A stretch of DNA of 64,000 nucleotides from Myxococcales bacterium (GCA_050288705.1 JBNKEI010000033.1:18407-82406); one strand, 5' to 3'. Counted from the stretch's first letter, positions 10,929 to 24,616 are shown. Notes: a model not told the origin generated them from the sequence alone. Program-made: numbers and translations.

Positions 10929-11399
10929 CTACCAGCGATAATGAGCGAACGCTCTATTCGCATCAGCCATTTTATGAGTATCTTCTCTTTTCTTCACTGC
11001 ATTACCGCGGCTATTGAAGGCATCAAGGATTTCGCCGGCGAGTTTTTCACGCATAGTTTTCTCACCACGCCCCACGGCGTAGGAAATTAGCCAGCGCATA
11101 CCCAGAGCTACCCGTCTATCCTGACGCACCTCCACGGGAACTTGATAAGTAGCACCACCAACCCGGCGACTCTTTACCTCAAGAGCAGGTTTTACGTTAT
11201 CCAAAGCCTTTTTGAAAATCTTTAAGGGCTCTTCTTTAGTTCGATCCTGGATAACATCAAGCGCTCCGTAGCAGATCGACTCCGCAGTAGATCTCATCCC
11301 TTTGCGCATGAGATTATTAACGAATTTAGTTATCAATCGATCCTTGAATTTTGGATCGGGTAGAATCTTTCTTTTTTTCACTTCACGACGACGAGGCAT
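10929..11399 (-). CDS. rpsG: 30S ribosomal protein S7
   Basis: [18 protein letters not shown] from the ATG at 11399. The track start at 11402 is a TTG one codon upstream. Confidence 0.97.
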   Translation of the reverse strand: MPRRREVKKRKILPDPKFKDRLITKFVNNLMRKGMRSTAESICYGALDVIQDRTKEEPLKIFKKALDNVKPALEVKSRRVGGATYQVPVEVRQDRRVALGMRWLISYAVGRGEKTMREKLAGEILDAFNSRGNAVKKREDTHKMADANRAFAHYRW

Positions 11400-11444
11400 C
11401 AAATTTTCCCGTTTTTATGCAGGCCCGTGGCCCGGAATTCAGTA

Positions 11445-11816
11445 CTAACTTGGTCGCTTGGCTCCATATTTCGAGCGTCCCTGCTTACGACCCTGCACCC
11501 CAACCGAGTCCAACGTTCCTCGCACAATATGGTAACGTACACCCGGAAGATCCTTAACACGACCACCACGAATCATAACCACGGAGTGCTCTTGGAGATT
11601 GTGGCCAACACCAGGAATGTAGCTGGTCACCTCAATCCCATTAGTAAGACGCACGCGCGCTACCTTACGCAAAGCGGAATTGGGCTTTTTGGGCGTTGTA
11701 GTGTAAACACGAGTACATATTCCGCGACGCTGTGGCGATTCCTGTAAAGCAGGCGCTTTCACGCGAGATTTAAGTCTGGTTCGACCCTTGCGGACCAATT
11801 GGGAAATTGTAGGCAT
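11445..11816 (-). CDS. rpsL: 30S ribosomal protein S12
   Basis: [12 protein letters not shown]...[16 protein letters not shown]. Confidence 0.98.
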   Translation of the reverse strand: MPTISQLVRKGRTRLKSRVKAPALQESPQRRGICTRVYTTTPKKPNSALRKVARVRLTNGIEVTSYIPGVGHNLQEHSVVMIRGGRVKDLPGVRYHIVRGTLDSVGVQGRKQGRSKYGAKRPS

Positions 11817-11985
11817 CTTCTCTATCTTCCGTTGGACATTTAATACTCCCCGAATTGGGAAGCACTTGTGAGCCGACTACAAAAGGTGGCGAATTATATT
11901 CCTATTAAACGATCTGTCAACTGTTTTTTGTTCCGTTTTTGGGTTTCCGAAGGGCCCGCGACAGTAGAGCCCCCATTTTCAATTC

Positions 11986-14900
11986 CTAATCCTGAGCGCC
12001 GACGGCTAGCGCCTCTTCTGCTTGCTCTACTGCATCTACCGGGGTCTCTACTTCTATGTCTAGATGATTGTAAGACGCCAATCCCGTACCCGCAGGCACA
12101 AGTCTTCCCATGATTACGTTTTCCTTCAGCCCGCGAAGGTAATCGATCTTGCCGGAAATGGCCGCCTCGGTAAGAACCTTGGTGGTTTCCTGGAATGAAG
12201 AAGCAGAAATGAACGATTCAGTTGACAGCGATGCTTTAGTAATTCCCAACAACAACGCATCGCCCGCTGCCGGCCGCCCACCCTTGGCCTCGACTTTTCT
12301 ATTCTCTTCTTCAAACATCCAGCGCTCGACCTGCTCATCAACCAAGAAGTTGGTGTCTCCCACATCAGTGATACGCACCCGCCTTAACATCTGCCGAACA
12401 ATCACCTCAATGTGCTTATCATTAATTTTCACACCTTGCAGTCGGTACACTTCCTGGATTTCGTCTACCAGGTAGCGCGCTAACTCCTTTTCACCAAGCA
12501 CATGCAGAATATCATGAGGATTCGCAGCACCATCCATTAAGGCCTCACCCGCCTTCACTCGATCGCCTTGATGTACACTAAGGTGTTTACCTTTCCCAAT
12601 AAGGTATTCCTTAGCCAAATCCCCCCTCATCTTGCCATCAATCTCGGGAGTAACAATTACCTTGCGCTTTCCTTTGGTGTCTTTGCCAAAGCTAACCACG
12701 CCATCGATCTCGGAGATTACAGCGTACTCTTTAGGCTTTCTAGCCTCAAAAAGCTCAGCAACACGCGGTAAACCACCAGTAATGTCTTTGGTTTTGGTGG
12801 TTTCTCGCGGAATCTTAGCAATGACCGCACCAGCATCTACTTCATCGCCTTCAGCAACTACGATATTAGCCCCGACTGGTAGCATGTAACGCGCAGGCTG
12901 CTCACTATTGGGCAATGTTTTCGTTTGGCCATCATCGTCCTTAATTGAGACTCGAGGCCGCGCATCAGGATCTTTGGATTCTATAATTACTTTACTAGCA
13001 AGCCCGGTGACCTCGTTCAGCACCTCACTCATGGTTACGCCGTCGATCACATCACCATACTTGATAATACCTGGCACTTCGGAAAGTATGGGCATAGTGA
13101 AGGGTTCCCACTTGGCGAGGATAGTACTGGCTTCAATTCTCTGGCCCTCCTTGACCAAAATATCGGCTCCATATACTACCTGGTAACGCTCTCGCTCTCG
13201 TCCAGAGTCATCTGCAATTAGAATCTCTCCGTTACGATTCATGGCAGCCTGAGAACCATCCTTCTTGGTAGCAATGTAGAGGTTATTAAACTTAACCACA
13301 CCGGCATTTCTATTTTCCAGCGAACTCTGCTCTGCGCGTCGGGTTGCAGTTCCTCCTATGTGAAAAGTACGCATAGTAAGCTGCGTTCCCGGCTCTCCAA
13401 TCGACTGAGCGGCAATTACACCAATTGCCTCCCCCAGATTCACCTTACGCCCACGAGCAAGATCTCGGCCATAACACTCTACGCAAACGCCTCTCTGCGC
13501 CTTGCATGTCAACACCGAACGGATTTTCACTTTATCGATAGCAGTAGCCTCGATCCGTTGAATCTTGGCTTCGTCGATTTCATCGTTCGCAGCACACAAA
13601 AGCTCACCACTATTTGGATCGATTACATCTTCTAGCGCGACTCGCCCGAGAATGCGCTCCCCCATGGGCTCTATAATCTCGCCTCCCTCAATTAACGCCC
13701 CAATGGACAGGCCGTCCAAAGTCCCGCAATCGAATTCAGTCACGATCGCATCTTGGGCAACATCAACCAGACGACGAGTAAGATAACCGGAATTCGCCGT
13801 TTTTAGTGCGGTATCAGCCAATCCCTTTCGGGCCCCGTGAGTTGAACTGAAGTACTGCAACACCGTCAGTCCCTCGCGGAAATTCGCGGTAATCGGGGTC
13901 TCAATAATCTCACCTGATGGCTTCGCCATCAAACCACGCATTCCTGCTAACTGGCGAATTTGTTGAGCACTACCACGAGCACCTGAATCGGCCATGATGT
14001 AGATAGGGTTGAACGAGCTCTGCTCCCGTTTTTCCACCCTAGTAGTTTGGGGATTAATCCCCTCCACGGACTCCTTGGAAATTTCACCCATCATCTCCTG
14101 AGCTACTTTTTCGGTAACCTCGGCCCAAATATCGATAACCTTGTTGTATCGCTCTCCAAAAGTAATAAGACCTTCTAGATACTGGTTTTCTATTTCTTGA
14201 ACGTCTTTAGTAGCTTCTTCCAGGAAGAAATGCTTTTTCTTCGGAACCAGCATGTGTTTTACGCTGATAGAAATACCCGCACGAGTAGCATGATTGTAAC
14301 CAAGAGTACGGATACGATCGGCAAGCAAAACGGTTTCTTTCTCACCACACAATCGATAGCAGGTGTCAATAAGGCCACCTAGCTGCTTTTTATCCATAAC
14401 CTTATTTATGGCATCAAAGCCAATGCGCTCGGGAACGATCTCAGCCAATAGAACTCGACCAACAGTGGTGTCTTTTCGCTGACTACCAACTCGGCAAATA
14501 ATTTTAGCCTGAAGCTCAACTTCTCCGTGATCATAGGCAGCACGAACTTCTGCTGGACTAGAAAACACTTTTCCTTCACCACGCGCAAACTCGCGCGACC
14601 GAGTCATGTAATACAACCCAAGAACGATATCCTGAGTTGGCACAATGATTGGCTTTCCACTAGCCGGAGACAATATATTATTAGTGCTCATCATGAGCAC
14701 TCTGGCTTCCAACTGCGCCTCAATAGATAGAGGAACATGGACCGCCATTTGGTCACCGTCAAAGTCGGCATTAAAAGCCGCGCAAACCAGGGGGTGCAAC
14801 TGAATGGCTTTGCCTTCGATCAGAACTGGCTCGAATGCCTGAATGCCAAGACGATGAAGCGTAGGCGCGCGATTAAGCAAGACAGGGTGCTCACGGATTA

Positions 14901-16146
14901 CATCCTCTAGTATGTCCCAGACTTCCGATCGCTCTTTTTCCACCATCTTTTTCGCGCTTTTAATGGTGGTCACGTACCCCTTATCCTCAAGTTTATTGTA
15001 GATAAAGGGTTTGAAAAGCTCCAAGGCCATTATCTTAGGCAACCCGCACTGATGAAGCTTTAGCTCAGGTCCTACCACTATTACTGATCGACCAGAATAA
15101 TCGACTCGCTTACCAAGCAAGTTCTGGCGGAATCTTCCCTGCTTTCCTTTCAACATGTCGGAAAGAGATTTCAGCGGACGCTTATTAGGCCCGGTGATGG
15201 TCTTTCCTCGTCGCCCGTTATCAAAAAGAGCATCAACCGCCTCTTGGAGCATCCTTTTTTCGTTACGAATAATGATGTCTGGCGCGTTCAGCTCTTGAAG
15301 ACGTTTGAGGCGATTGTTTCGATTTATGACCCGTCGATATAAATCATTCAGGTCACTAGTGGCAAACCTTCCTCCGTCCAGAGGAACCAACGGACGCAAA
15401 TCAGGAGGAATCACTGGAATGACCTCCAACATCATCCAGTCCGGTTTGTTCCCCGACGCTCGAAATGCTTCCGCAACCTTCAGACGCTTGGCCAGTTTTT
15501 TACGCTTGGCATCGCTAGTCGCCGCGCGCATTTCTTTGCGCAATTCTTCGCACATCGTGTTTACGTCAATATCACGCAAAAGCTCCCGAACAGCCTCGCC
15601 ACCCATTCCGACAACGAACGCATCATCTCCATACTCGTCAATTGCCTTGTTATATTTGTCCTCTGTGAGAAGCTCACCTTTCTCAAGAGCGGTCTTCTTA
15701 GGGTCGAGGACTATGTAGCTTTCGCAATACAACACCTTTTCGAGATCTTTGAGGGTTATATCGAGAATATTCCCTATCCGAGATGGTAAACTCTTCAGGA
15801 ACCAAATATGTGCAACCGGAGTAGCCAAAGTAATATGACCAAGGCGCTCTCGCCTCACTTTGGATTGAATAACTTCAACTCCACACTTCTCGCACACTAC
15901 TCCGCGATGCTTCATGCGCTTATACTTGCCGCAATTGCATTCATAGTCCTTGACCGGACCGAATATCTTCGCACAAAATAGGCCATCGCGTTCAGGCTTG
16001 AACGTGCGATAGTTTATGGTCTCTGGCTTCTTCACCTCTCCGTGAGACCACTGTCTAATTTTGTCCGCAGAAGCTAGCGAGATTCGAATCGCTGAGAAGG
16101 ATAACGGATCCTTAGGTTTTTCAAAAAAATTGAAGATGTCTTTCAC
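11986..16146 (-). CDS. rpoC: DNA-directed RNA polymerase subunit beta'
   Basis: NADFDGDQM catalytic motif and an N-terminal Zn-binding CNCGKYKR...CEKCGVEV. The GTG at 16146, 6 nt after AAGGAG, gives the canonical (M)KDIFNFFEK. The track ORF begins at 16161. Confidence 0.97.
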   Translation of the reverse strand: MKDIFNFFEKPKDPLSFSAIRISLASADKIRQWSHGEVKKPETINYRTFKPERDGLFCAKIFGPVKDYECNCGKYKRMKHRGVVCEKCGVEVIQSKVRRERLGHITLATPVAHIWFLKSLPSRIGNILDITLKDLEKVLYCESYIVLDPKKTALEKGELLTEDKYNKAIDEYGDDAFVVGMGGEAVRELLRDIDVNTMCEELRKEMRAATSDAKRKKLAKRLKVAEAFRASGNKPDWMMLEVIPVIPPDLRPLVPLDGGRFATSDLNDLYRRVINRNNRLKRLQELNAPDIIIRNEKRMLQEAVDALFDNGRRGKTITGPNKRPLKSLSDMLKGKQGRFRQNLLGKRVDYSGRSVIVVGPELKLHQCGLPKIMALELFKPFIYNKLEDKGYVTTIKSAKKMVEKERSEVWDILEDVIREHPVLLNRAPTLHRLGIQAFEPVLIEGKAIQLHPLVCAAFNADFDGDQMAVHVPLSIEAQLEARVLMMSTNNILSPASGKPIIVPTQDIVLGLYYMTRSREFARGEGKVFSSPAEVRAAYDHGEVELQAKIICRVGSQRKDTTVGRVLLAEIVPERIGFDAINKVMDKKQLGGLIDTCYRLCGEKETVLLADRIRTLGYNHATRAGISISVKHMLVPKKKHFFLEEATKDVQEIENQYLEGLITFGERYNKVIDIWAEVTEKVAQEMMGEISKESVEGINPQTTRVEKREQSSFNPIYIMADSGARGSAQQIRQLAGMRGLMAKPSGEIIETPITANFREGLTVLQYFSSTHGARKGLADTALKTANSGYLTRRLVDVAQDAIVTEFDCGTLDGLSIGALIEGGEIIEPMGERILGRVALEDVIDPNSGELLCAANDEIDEAKIQRIEATAIDKVKIRSVLTCKAQRGVCVECYGRDLARGRKVNLGEAIGVIAAQSIGEPGTQLTMRTFHIGGTATRRAEQSSLENRNAGVVKFNNLYIATKKDGSQAAMNRNGEILIADDSGRERERYQVVYGADILVKEGQRIEASTILAKWEPFTMPILSEVPGIIKYGDVIDGVTMSEVLNEVTGLASKVIIESKDPDARPRVSIKDDDGQTKTLPNSEQPARYMLPVGANIVVAEGDEVDAGAVIAKIPRETTKTKDITGGLPRVAELFEARKPKEYAVISEIDGVVSFGKDTKGKRKVIVTPEIDGKMRGDLAKEYLIGKGKHLSVHQGDRVKAGEALMDGAANPHDILHVLGEKELARYLVDEIQEVYRLQGVKINDKHIEVIVRQMLRRVRITDVGDTNFLVDEQVERWMFEEENRKVEAKGGRPAAGDALLLGITKASLSTESFISASSFQETTKVLTEAAISGKIDYLRGLKENVIMGRLVPAGTGLASYNHLDIEVETPVDAVEQAEEALAVGAQD

Positions 16147-16199
16147 GTGCATCTCCTTCATAACCTGACTAGGGGGCGCCCAAAACGCGCCCCATTACT

Positions 16200-19100
16200 C
16201 TAGGCCAATGTTCCCGTCTTCTTGACTTGCTCTCCAGAAGTAGAAGTGTCACCACTCTCGCCTGGCGTAGGAGCAGTCTCAAGCAATTCAACATCTAGAG
16301 CAAGTGACTGCAGCTCTTTTATCAGCACATTGAAGCTTTCTGGAAGACCACTTTCCAACACATTGTCGCCTTTAACAATCGCCTCATACATTCGAGTCCG
16401 GCCAACTACATCGTCGCTCTTCACGGTTAAAAATTCCTGCAACGAGTAGGCTGCACCATATGCTTCCATGGCCCAAACTTCCATTTCCCCTAGACGTTGG
16501 CCTCCGAACTGCGCTTTTCCTCCTAGGGGCTGCTGGGTCACTAGCGAATAAGGCCCAATAGAGCGAGCATGAATCTTTTCATCAACCAGGTGATGCAGCT
16601 TTAGCATGTACATCACACCAACAGTGACATCCTGATCGAAGGGCTCACCTGTCCGGCCATCGAATAATATCTGTTGACCGCTCAGACTTTGTTTGCTGGC
16701 CTTTAAAAGGTCATCGATTTCAGACTCCCTTGCCCCGTCGAAAACCGGCGTCGCTACATGAACACCTTTGTGTAGCCTCCTACAAAGGTTAAGAACCTCA
16801 CTATCCCCAACTTGATCAATTAACTCGTGAAAATTTTGCTCACGATAATGCTGCTTTAATTCTTTGCGCAACAGCTCCGGAGCGTAATTCTCTTGAACCA
16901 GACGATCGAGTTGCTCTCCAAGCGAGCGAGCACCCCACCCAAGATGAGTTTCCAGGATCTGACCAATGTTCATTCGACTAGGAACACCTAGCGGATTTAA
17001 CACAATGTCTACTGGCCGACCATCAGCCATATAAGGCATATCTTCCTCGGGAAGAATCCGAGAAACCACGCCCTTGTTTCCGTGACGACCAGCCATCTTG
17101 TCGCCAACCGCTAATTTTCGCTTGATGGCGACATAAACCTTTACCATCTTAATGACGCCCGGAGGAAGCTCGTCACCCTTCTTCAAACGGCTAATCTTTT
17201 CGCCAAATACCAGCTTGACGACTTCACGCTGCTCTTCGAACGAACTGATGATTTTTCGAACGTTCTCCTCTACTGGACTTTCTATAGCAATTTCCACCCA
17301 ATATTTATGAGGAATATTATCGAGCACCTCATCAGTAAGAACATCGTCCTTCTTCAAGAGCTGCCTGCCACGATCATCAATCAGCTTGGCCAAAGCAGCC
17401 TTGCCTACCAGCAACGTCCGCACTCTCTTGTAGGCCGAGTCCTGGAGAATCTTGATTTCGTCATTCTGATCTTTAAGCAGCTTAGCTTCTTCTTGGCTCT
17501 CAATCTCTTTAGCCCGCTCATCCTTATCAACGCCCTTGCGACTAAATACTTTAGCATTGATTATGGTACCAGTAACGCCGGGCGGAACCCGCAACGAACT
17601 ATCACGAACGTCGCCGGCTTTCTCACCAAAGATTGCTCGCAGTAATTTTTCTTCGGGTGAGAGCTGGGTTTCTCCTTTAGGCGTAATTTTGCCAACCAGA
17701 ATATCCCCTTGCTTCACCTCAGCGCCAATGCGGATAATTCCGGACTCGTCTAAATCTTTGAGCGCCTCTTCTCCAACATTGGGTATATCTCGAGTAATTT
17801 CTTCTTTGCCCAGCTTAGTATCGCGAGCAATACATTCGAATTCCTCAATGTGGATAGATGTAAAGTTGTCTTCCTTAACCAAACGCTCGCTGAGAAGAAT
17901 TGAGTCTTCGAAATTATATCCTTGCCAAGGCATGAAGGCTACAACCACGTTTTGACCTAACGCGAGTTCGCCAGTCTCAGTTGCAGGACCGTCAGCAATT
18001 ACATCGCCTTTCCTTACTCGGTCACCTTTCTTAACGATGGGCTTTTGGTTAATGCAAGTATTCTGATTGGATCGCTGATATTTAATCAGATTATAAATGT
18101 CAACCTCCGATCCGACATCAGAAGCCACCGTGTCTGCCTTAACAACTATGCGCGAAGCATCAACCAAGTCGACCTCACCGTCACGCCTGGCCACTAAGCA
18201 CACGCCGGAATCCCGGGCGACAATGCCTTCAATTCCTGTCCCTACCAACGGAGCTTGGGTTCTCAGCAAAGGAACTGCCTGCCTCTGCATGTTGGATCCC
18301 ATAAGAGCGCGGTTGGCATCATCATTTTCCAGAAATGGAATCAGTGATGCTGCAACTGAAACTAGCTGAATTGGCGAAACATCCATCAGATCGACGTCTT
18401 CAGTTTTTACCTGAACAGTCTCTCCACCGCGACGAGCAGAAGCCAAGGACCCAGTCAGTATTCCTTCTTGGTCGACTTCGGCGTTAGCTTGAGCAATAGT
18501 ATGCTTCTCTTCTTCCAGCGCTGAATAAAATGCTACATTATCAGTCATCTTACCGACTTCTACTTTTCGGTAAGGCGTTTCCACAAACCCGTATTCATTC
18601 ACTCGCGCATAAGTAGAAAGTGACGCTATGAGACCAATATTAGGACCTTCCGGCGTCTCAATTGGACAAATCCGACCGTAGTGAGTACCATGAACATCGC
18701 GCACTTCGAAGCCTGCTCGCTCCCTGGTTAGCCCTCCAGGACCTAGAGCGGACAATCGTCGTTTATGGGTTACCTCAGAAAGAGGGTTAGTCTGATCCAT
18801 GAACTGAGACAATTGGCTCGAGCCAAAGAACTCCTTAATCACTGCAGTCACGGGCTTGGCATTGATCAAATCGTGAGGCATCAAGGTTTCGATTTCCTGC
18901 AGGCTCATGCGCTCACGAATTGCTCGCTCCATTCGAACCAAGCCAATTCGGTACTGGTTCTCCAGCAGCTCGCCAACCGCTCGCACACGCCGGTTACCCA
19001 GATGATCGATATCGTCGATTTCACCTTTGCCATTTTTGAGATCAACTAAATAGCGAATGACTTCAAGAATATCTCGTTTGGTCAAAACCGCATGCTCTAA

Positions 19101-20414
19101 GGGCTCATCAATATTGAATTTGAAATTCAACTTAAGACGACCAACCTTAGAGAGATCATACCTCTCAGGATCAAAAAAAAGCTTCATGAAAAGACTGGTC
19201 GCAGTCTCTACCGTGGGCGGCTCCCCCGGTCGAAGACGCCGATAAATCTCCATGATAGCTTCATCAGTCGAGGCAATCTTATCCAATAAGAGCGTATCTC
19301 GTAGAAAGGGACCAACATTTAGCCCGTCAATAAAAAGGACTTTGAATTCCTTAACACCCCTCTGATGTATCTCTTCGAGCTTCTCTTCAGTAATTTCTTC
19401 GTTGCACTCAACAAGAATCTCTCCGGTCGACTCATCAACCATGTCGTGAGCGCAAACCTTAGTAAGAAGCTCCTCCTTATCCAGGGGCAAAGTTCTAATC
19501 TTAGCGGCTTCTAGCTTCTTAATAGCCCCTCTCGTGAATTTCCGATTCTTTTTAACTATGACTTCGTTGGTTTTCGGGTTCCTAATATCACGAGTTGCTC
19601 GCTGCCCAGGCAAAAGATCGATCTCTACCGACTTTTCGAAATTGTCCTTACCAAGAATGTATACGGTTTCCGTCGCATAGTAATAATTCAGAATCTCTTC
19701 AGTGCTCCCCCTAAAATCAAGAGGACTTCTTTTGCTAGTGTCGGGCACGCCACCCAGAGCACGAATCAGTACTGTTGCCGGCAGTTTGCGACGCCGATCA
19801 ATCCGCACGTACAATATGTCTTTATGATCAAATTCGAAATCTATCCACGACCCTCGATAGGGAATAATGCGCGCATTATACAAAAGTTTGCCGGAAGAGT
19901 GACTCTTGCCGCGATCGTTATCAAAAAACGCTCCCGGACTTCGGTGAAGCTGACTTACCACCACCCGTTCCGTCCCATTGATGATGAAAGTCCCATTCTC
20001 GGTCATCAGTGGGATTTCGCCGAAATAGACCTCTTGTTCCTTTACGTCACGAATTGATTGCGCACCCGTTTCCTCGTCTTTATCCCAAACAACTAGACGA
20101 ACCACCACCTTAATTGGCGCAGAATAAGTCATGCCGCGCTGATGGCACTCGTCCACGTCGTACTTTGGTTTTTCTAAGTGATAGCTAACGAATTCGAGCG
20201 AACTCGTTTCGTTAAAATCCTTAATTGGAAAAACGTCGCGAAACACACCCTGCAGGCCGGTATCTTCACGTTTCTCCGGAGGCACATTGGATTGCAAAAA
20301 CTCGTCGAACGATCGCTTTTGAATATCGATAAGATTAGGAATATCGATGACTTTGGGGATCTTCGAGAAGCTTTTGCGAATTCGGAAGTTATTTTGGATC
20401 GTACGCGTAGCCAT
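16200..20414 (-). CDS. rpoB: DNA-directed RNA polymerase subunit beta
   Basis: Very long ORF with conserved beta-subunit blocks ([41 protein letters not shown]). The probable start is [16 protein letters not shown] at 20414; the track gives 20435. Confidence 0.97.
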   Translation of the reverse strand: MATRTIQNNFRIRKSFSKIPKVIDIPNLIDIQKRSFDEFLQSNVPPEKREDTGLQGVFRDVFPIKDFNETSSLEFVSYHLEKPKYDVDECHQRGMTYSAPIKVVVRLVVWDKDEETGAQSIRDVKEQEVYFGEIPLMTENGTFIINGTERVVVSQLHRSPGAFFDNDRGKSHSSGKLLYNARIIPYRGSWIDFEFDHKDILYVRIDRRRKLPATVLIRALGGVPDTSKRSPLDFRGSTEEILNYYYATETVYILGKDNFEKSVEIDLLPGQRATRDIRNPKTNEVIVKKNRKFTRGAIKKLEAAKIRTLPLDKEELLTKVCAHDMVDESTGEILVECNEEITEEKLEEIHQRGVKEFKVLFIDGLNVGPFLRDTLLLDKIASTDEAIMEIYRRLRPGEPPTVETATSLFMKLFFDPERYDLSKVGRLKLNFKFNIDEPLEHAVLTKRDILEVIRYLVDLKNGKGEIDDIDHLGNRRVRAVGELLENQYRIGLVRMERAIRERMSLQEIETLMPHDLINAKPVTAVIKEFFGSSQLSQFMDQTNPLSEVTHKRRLSALGPGGLTRERAGFEVRDVHGTHYGRICPIETPEGPNIGLIASLSTYARVNEYGFVETPYRKVEVGKMTDNVAFYSALEEEKHTIAQANAEVDQEGILTGSLASARRGGETVQVKTEDVDLMDVSPIQLVSVAASLIPFLENDDANRALMGSNMQRQAVPLLRTQAPLVGTGIEGIVARDSGVCLVARRDGEVDLVDASRIVVKADTVASDVGSEVDIYNLIKYQRSNQNTCINQKPIVKKGDRVRKGDVIADGPATETGELALGQNVVVAFMPWQGYNFEDSILLSERLVKEDNFTSIHIEEFECIARDTKLGKEEITRDIPNVGEEALKDLDESGIIRIGAEVKQGDILVGKITPKGETQLSPEEKLLRAIFGEKAGDVRDSSLRVPPGVTGTIINAKVFSRKGVDKDERAKEIESQEEAKLLKDQNDEIKILQDSAYKRVRTLLVGKAALAKLIDDRGRQLLKKDDVLTDEVLDNIPHKYWVEIAIESPVEENVRKIISSFEEQREVVKLVFGEKISRLKKGDELPPGVIKMVKVYVAIKRKLAVGDKMAGRHGNKGVVSRILPEEDMPYMADGRPVDIVLNPLGVPSRMNIGQILETHLGWGARSLGEQLDRLVQENYAPELLRKELKQHYREQNFHELIDQVGDSEVLNLCRRLHKGVHVATPVFDGARESEIDDLLKASKQSLSGQQILFDGRTGEPFDQDVTVGVMYMLKLHHLVDEKIHARSIGPYSLVTQQPLGGKAQFGGQRLGEMEVWAMEAYGAAYSLQEFLTVKSDDVVGRTRMYEAIVKGDNVLESGLPESFNVLIKELQSLALDVELLETAPTPGESGDTSTSGEQVKKTGTLA

Positions 20415-20494
20415 CCAATCTCCCATCAAGCCCAAAACAAATGTTGGGCCTCAGTTTGTTCCCGTCGCTGCTCTCTCGATGTTCAGGGACATAA

Positions 20495-20522
20495 GAAAGC
20501 CGGAGACAGGCATCGCCTGCCC
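20495..20522 (-). terminator. Candidate rplL-rpoB intergenic attenuator hairpin
   Basis: On the minus strand, GGCAGGC-gat-GCCTGTC forms a 7-bp stem including one G:U, followed by a moderately U-rich tract. The position matches the known rplL-rpoB attenuator of other bacteria. Confidence 0.3.
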
Positions 20523-20546
20523 CGACCTTCTTTTAGGAACTCCTAA

Positions 20547-20921
20547 CTACTTGATCTCTACTGTGGCTCCAGCAGCAGCAATCTGCGCTTTCACCTTTTC
20601 TGCCTCTTCCTTACTTACTCCCTCTTTAAGTGGTTTTGGCGCACTCTCCACTAGATCCTTTGCCTCTTTTAGGCCCAGACCAGTAATTGCACGCACTTCT
20701 TTAATAACATTAATCTTATTGGCACCAGCAGAAACCAATACCACTGTAAATTCAGTTTGCTCTTCTACCGGAGCAGCCTGCGCACCACCAGCAGGCATCG
20801 CTGCAACTATTGGAGCAGCAGCAGAGACACCCCATTTTTCTTCCAGAATTTTAACCAGCTCTGCCGCTTCCATAATGGTCAAACTGGAGAGACTTTCGCA
20901 AATTGCATTCAAATCTGCCAT
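20547..20921 (-). CDS. rplL: 50S ribosomal protein L7/L12
   Basis: 124 aa with an Ala-rich hinge and [31 protein letters not shown]. Confidence 0.97.
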   Translation of the reverse strand: MADLNAICESLSSLTIMEAAELVKILEEKWGVSAAAPIVAAMPAGGAQAAPVEEQTEFTVVLVSAGANKINVIKEVRAITGLGLKEAKDLVESAPKPLKEGVSKEEAEKVKAQIAAAGATVEIK

Positions 20922-20970
20922 TTTTGTGCTCCTAATAAATCATTTTTTCGACACTTGGCCGCTAAATTTA

Positions 20971-21495
20971 CTATTTTGCTTCAAACTCGCTTCTGGCTTT
21001 CAATACTCTTGCAATAGAGGTAGACGGCTGGTTAAGCACACTAGCCAGCAACTGAGCAGGTCTGTTAATCATACCCATCAGCATTGCACGCAATTCCTGC
21101 ATTCCAGGCATTTTTGATAATGCCTCAACTGCCTGGGCATCAATTTTTTTTCCATCAAGAGCCGCGCCACGAACTACAATTTTTTCAGGTATCTTGGAGA
21201 TAAACTCCTGCAATGCCTTTGCAGGGCTCACTGGCTCTTCAAATCCCATGACCAATGCAGTTGGACCCTCAAGGATATCCGAAATAGCCTCGGCACCGGT
21301 TCCTCGCACTGCAAGCTTCGCCAGGGTATTTTTCACAACCTTGTACTCGACATTTTGCTCTCGCAGCTTCTTACGCAGTGCGGTTACGGTTTCTACATCA
21401 ATACCTTTAGGCTCTGCGACTATCGCCACTTTTGCTCGTTTAAGCTTGTCATGAAGCTGAGCTATTGCCTGCTCCTTTTCGCTTCGCTTTTGCAC
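20971..21495 (-). CDS. rplJ: 50S ribosomal protein L10
   Basis: 174-aa ORF directly upstream of rplL with an L10-like pattern (VTALRKKLREQNVEYKVVKNTL). Confidence 0.95.
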   Translation of the reverse strand: MQKRSEKEQAIAQLHDKLKRAKVAIVAEPKGIDVETVTALRKKLREQNVEYKVVKNTLAKLAVRGTGAEAISDILEGPTALVMGFEEPVSPAKALQEFISKIPEKIVVRGAALDGKKIDAQAVEALSKMPGMQELRAMLMGMINRPAQLLASVLNQPSTSIARVLKARSEFEAK

Positions 21496-21753
21496 CAGAA
21501 ATCACCACCCTTCTTTTTTTACCCGCCATTGGGCTCTATTCATACCTGGCACAAGGAGCAGGAACTCAGTTAGAGTCCCCTTGCCTTCCCGTCTCGGCAG
21601 GCCTAGCTTGTTCGCCGTTTAAGCTATCCTACACCCGAACCGGGGACTAGGACGGCGCCTGCTGTCTTGAACCAGGAACTGACGAAGGAACCTAGGTCCA
21701 GCGTCAAAATCGTTGGCCGCATATATTGCGATAAGAATCCGATGTCAACATTT
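21496..21753 (-). promoter_or_regulatory. rplJ 5' leader region (possible L10(L12)4 autoregulatory leader)
   Basis: 258-nt non-coding gap between rplA and rplJ, which is the position of the L10 leader in other bacteria. I did not verify the structure. Confidence 0.3.
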
Positions 21754-22503
21754 TTAGGCAGCTTTGTGCGCCACTGTTATTGCCGAGGTCTCAATTCTGA
21801 CTGACGGACCCATTGTTGAGGTTATAGAAACTGCTTTCAGATAAGTCCCTTTAGCTGTCGACGGCTTCAGCTTCATCACCACATCGACAAGGGCAAGAAA
21901 ATTCTCTACCAGTTTTTCAACAGGGAAGCTTGCTTTTCCCAAACGAGCGTGAACTATTCCCGCCTTTTCCGCTCTGAACTCAACTTTACCGCCTTTTAGC
22001 TCGCGAACCGCCTTAGCAACGTCCATGGTGACGGTTCCTACCTTCGGATTGGGCATTAGGCCTCGCGGTCCTAGAACCTTTCCCAGCCTCCCCACCACCC
22101 CCATCAGGTCAGGAGAAGCCACGGTAGCATCAAAATCGAGAAAACCACCGGAGATCTTTTCTGCGAGATCCTCAGCGCCAACCAGATCGGCCCCGGCCTC
22201 CAGCGCTTCCTTTGCTCGTTCTCCCTTTGCGAAAACAGCTACCCGCATGGATTTTCCGGTACCATGAGGCAATACTACTGCTCCTCTGACCATTTGATCT
22301 GCATGCCTAGGATCAACACCAAGATTCAGAGCCACTTCCAAGGTCTCGTCAAACATGTTGCGATTGGACTTTACTTTTCGGCCGTTGTTGATCTCTTTAC
22401 GCTTTTCGCAGCTCTTTTTTACCAACTCAAATGCTTGCTCGACACTGTATTTCTTGCTGCGATCAATAAGCTCAGCGGCCGCTTGGTATGCCTTACCTGC
22501 CAT
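21754..22503 (-). CDS. rplA: 50S ribosomal protein L1
   Basis: [34 protein letters not shown]. Carries a ~15-aa Lys/Arg-rich insertion before the FDET block. Confidence 0.96.
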   Translation of the reverse strand: MAGKAYQAAAELIDRSKKYSVEQAFELVKKSCEKRKEINNGRKVKSNRNMFDETLEVALNLGVDPRHADQMVRGAVVLPHGTGKSMRVAVFAKGERAKEALEAGADLVGAEDLAEKISGGFLDFDATVASPDLMGVVGRLGKVLGPRGLMPNPKVGTVTMDVAKAVRELKGGKVEFRAEKAGIVHARLGKASFPVEKLVENFLALVDVVMKLKPSTAKGTYLKAVSITSTMGPSVRIETSAITVAHKAA

Positions 22504-22575
22504 AATTATTTTTGCTCCTCAGGGTGGTATTGGCGAGCTGCTTGGCGGCTCTCCCACCGATTATCCAACAGTTCA

Positions 22576-23025
22576 TTACCCTTCGATTTCAATCCCCATT
22601 GATCGCGCTGTCCCAGAAATAGTGCGCATTGCTGCCTCTACGGAAGCGGCAGTCATATCCTGAATCTTCATCTTGGCAATCTCTTCGAGTTGCTTCGAGG
22701 TTACTTTGCCAACTTTTTCCTTACCTGGCTTATGCGAGCCCGAACCTTTCTTCTTTTCAGTATGCAGACCCGCTGCTTTTTTCAACAAAACTGCTGCCGG
22801 AGGAGTACGCAGCACGAAAGTAAACGACCGGTCAGAATAGATTGTTATCACTACTGGAATAATGAGAGCGTCTTTGGCTTGCGCTTGAGTAGCGGCATTA
22901 AATTGCTTACAGAAATCCATTATATTCACACCATGTTGGCCCAGCGCTGGACCTACAGGAGGAGCCGGATTTGCCTTGCCTGCTGGAATTTGCAACTTAA
23001 CCTGACCAGTAACCTTCTTTGCCAT
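22576..23025 (-). CDS. rplK: 50S ribosomal protein L11
   Basis: Canonical [36 protein letters not shown] from the ATG at 23025. The track ORF adds 18 residues. Confidence 0.96.
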   Translation of the reverse strand: MAKKVTGQVKLQIPAGKANPAPPVGPALGQHGVNIMDFCKQFNAATQAQAKDALIIPVVITIYSDRSFTFVLRTPPAAVLLKKAAGLHTEKKKGSGSHKPGKEKVGKVTSKQLEEIAKMKIQDMTAASVEAAMRTISGTARSMGIEIEG

Positions 23026-23130
23026 TGTGCTTACCGCCTTGTATTGTGGTTTTCGCGGGCGGATACTCCGCCCTCCCACTTCAATAACTGCGCCTACGCG
23101 AACGACTCACTCGCCCAAGCTGAGTGGAAT

Positions 23131-23724
23131 TTAGTTTTTTTCGACTTGCATAAAGTCAAGCTCTACCGGAGTAGCTCGTCCAAATATGGACACAAGCACC
23201 TTCAACCGACCCTTACTTGCATCGACTTCTTCAACCGACCCATTAAAGTTGGAAAACGGTCCATCGACAACCCGCACTCCATCCCCCACTTCAAACTGCA
23301 CCTTGGGCTTTGGCTTAAGAGTACCTTCACTAATCTGCGTTGTCAGTCGCCGAACTTCCTCGTCGGTTATGGAAGGAATTTTTTCCGGCTCCATAGCCTG
23401 CGTTCCTCCAACGAATCCAGTGACTTTGGGCGTTGACTTGACCAGATGCCAACTACGCTCACTCATGGTCATGCGAGCAAGTATATATCCCGGAAAAAAC
23501 TTCCGCTTAGAAGTACGTTTTTCACCCTTAACCATTTCCACAACTTGTTCCATAGGAACCAGGATTTCTCCAAATAGATCCTCTAGCCCCTCCAAGCGGA
23601 TACGTTCTTCTAATGACTTTTTTGCCTTGTTCTCAAATCCGGAATAGGTGTGGACCACATACCACTTTTTTTCCATGTCTTTTTCTGTACCGCCTTTGGC
23701 ATCTCTAGTTATGGACTCTGCCAT
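23131..23724 (-). CDS. nusG: Transcription termination/antitermination factor NusG
   Basis: KKWYVVHTYSGFENKAKKSLEERI NGN domain plus a C-terminal KOW (VRVVDGPFSNFNGSVEEV). The start is uncertain: 23724, 23745 and 23676 are alternatives, and the track gives 23766 (TTG). Confidence 0.93.
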   Translation of the reverse strand: MAESITRDAKGGTEKDMEKKWYVVHTYSGFENKAKKSLEERIRLEGLEDLFGEILVPMEQVVEMVKGEKRTSKRKFFPGYILARMTMSERSWHLVKSTPKVTGFVGGTQAMEPEKIPSITDEEVRRLTTQISEGTLKPKPKVQFEVGDGVRVVDGPFSNFNGSVEEVDASKGRLKVLVSIFGRATPVELDFMQVEKN

Positions 23725-23775
23725 CGTATTCCTATGCCCTTCCATTTGTTGCCTACTTCCAAACAATATGGCCGT

Positions 23776-24210
23776 CTATCCCGCAATTTTGCTCAACAAG
23801 TATGGAACCCATTTCGTCATTGCTTCGAACGAAAAGGAATCGAAGGCAAAGAATATCAATGCAGAAATCAAGCTGGCGACGATAACGGCGACAGTAGATA
23901 CACGTATCTCTCCAGCCGAGGGCCAAGTAACTCTCTTTAGCTCGGCCGCAATATTCATACCCCCCACCCGAATGACCGGACTGAAATAGCAGTAAACCGC
24001 CCCTCCTGCTGACAAGGCATACCCGACAAGAGCCGAAAGGGCAATGCTTTCTTCACCAAATACATAGGGGTTATTCCACCGCAATGCCCCAATAACAACC
24101 CCAATAGCTTGGTCGAGAAAATACCCAACCAGAAGCGCAAATATCAACAGAGCAACACCAAACATTCGCTTGGGCTCCATTTTTGATTCTGCGCCGGTTA
24201 TCGCGTCCAT
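23776..24210 (-). CDS. secE: Preprotein translocase subunit SecE (three-TM form)
   Basis: Hydrophobic 144-aa ORF with the conserved ELKRVTWPSAGEIRVSTVAVIVASL segment, in the canonical position before nusG. Confidence 0.88.
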   Translation of the reverse strand: MDAITGAESKMEPKRMFGVALLIFALLVGYFLDQAIGVVIGALRWNNPYVFGEESIALSALVGYALSAGGAVYCYFSPVIRVGGMNIAAELKRVTWPSAGEIRVSTVAVIVASLISALIFFAFDSFSFEAMTKWVPYLLSKIAG

Positions 24211-24229
24211 CTTCTACCCCTTCCTAATA

Positions 24230-24303
24230 CAGGCCAGGAGGGATTCGAACCCCCAACATGCGGTTTTGGAGACCGCCGCTCTACCAATTAGAGCTACTGG
24301 CCT
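24230..24303 (-). tRNA. tRNA-Trp (anticodon CCA)
   Basis: The minus-strand sequence AGGCCAGTAGCTCTAATTGGTAGAGC...CTCCAAAAC...GGTTCGAATCCCTCCTGGCCTG folds as a cloverleaf with a 7-bp acceptor and a CCA anticodon. No 3' CCA is encoded. Confidence 0.93.
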
Positions 24304-24359
24304 ATTTCTTTTAGCACACTAAAACTGTCACAAACGGCCGCTCCCCGATGCTCTTACCC

Positions 24360-24512
24360 CTATTTGGTTTCTTTGTGATCAGTATGCTTACGGCACCGCT
24401 TACAATATTTGGAGAGCACCAGCTTATCAGGAGTAGTTCTCTTATTCTTGGTCGTTGAGTAGTTTCGCTCTCTACAGGCTGTACACTCAAGCGTAATAAT
24501 GGTGCGATTCAT
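24360..24512 (-). CDS. rpmG: 50S ribosomal protein L33 (CxxC...CxxC form)
   Basis: Hand-translated 50-aa ORF, below the track cutoff: [50 protein letters not shown]. Confidence 0.93.
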   Translation of the reverse strand: MNRTIITLECTACRERNYSTTKNKRTTPDKLVLSKYCKRCRKHTDHKETK

Positions 24513-24543
24513 TGCTTGACCTTTCTGATACCTTCATTTTGAG

Positions 24544-24616
<73 letters not shown>
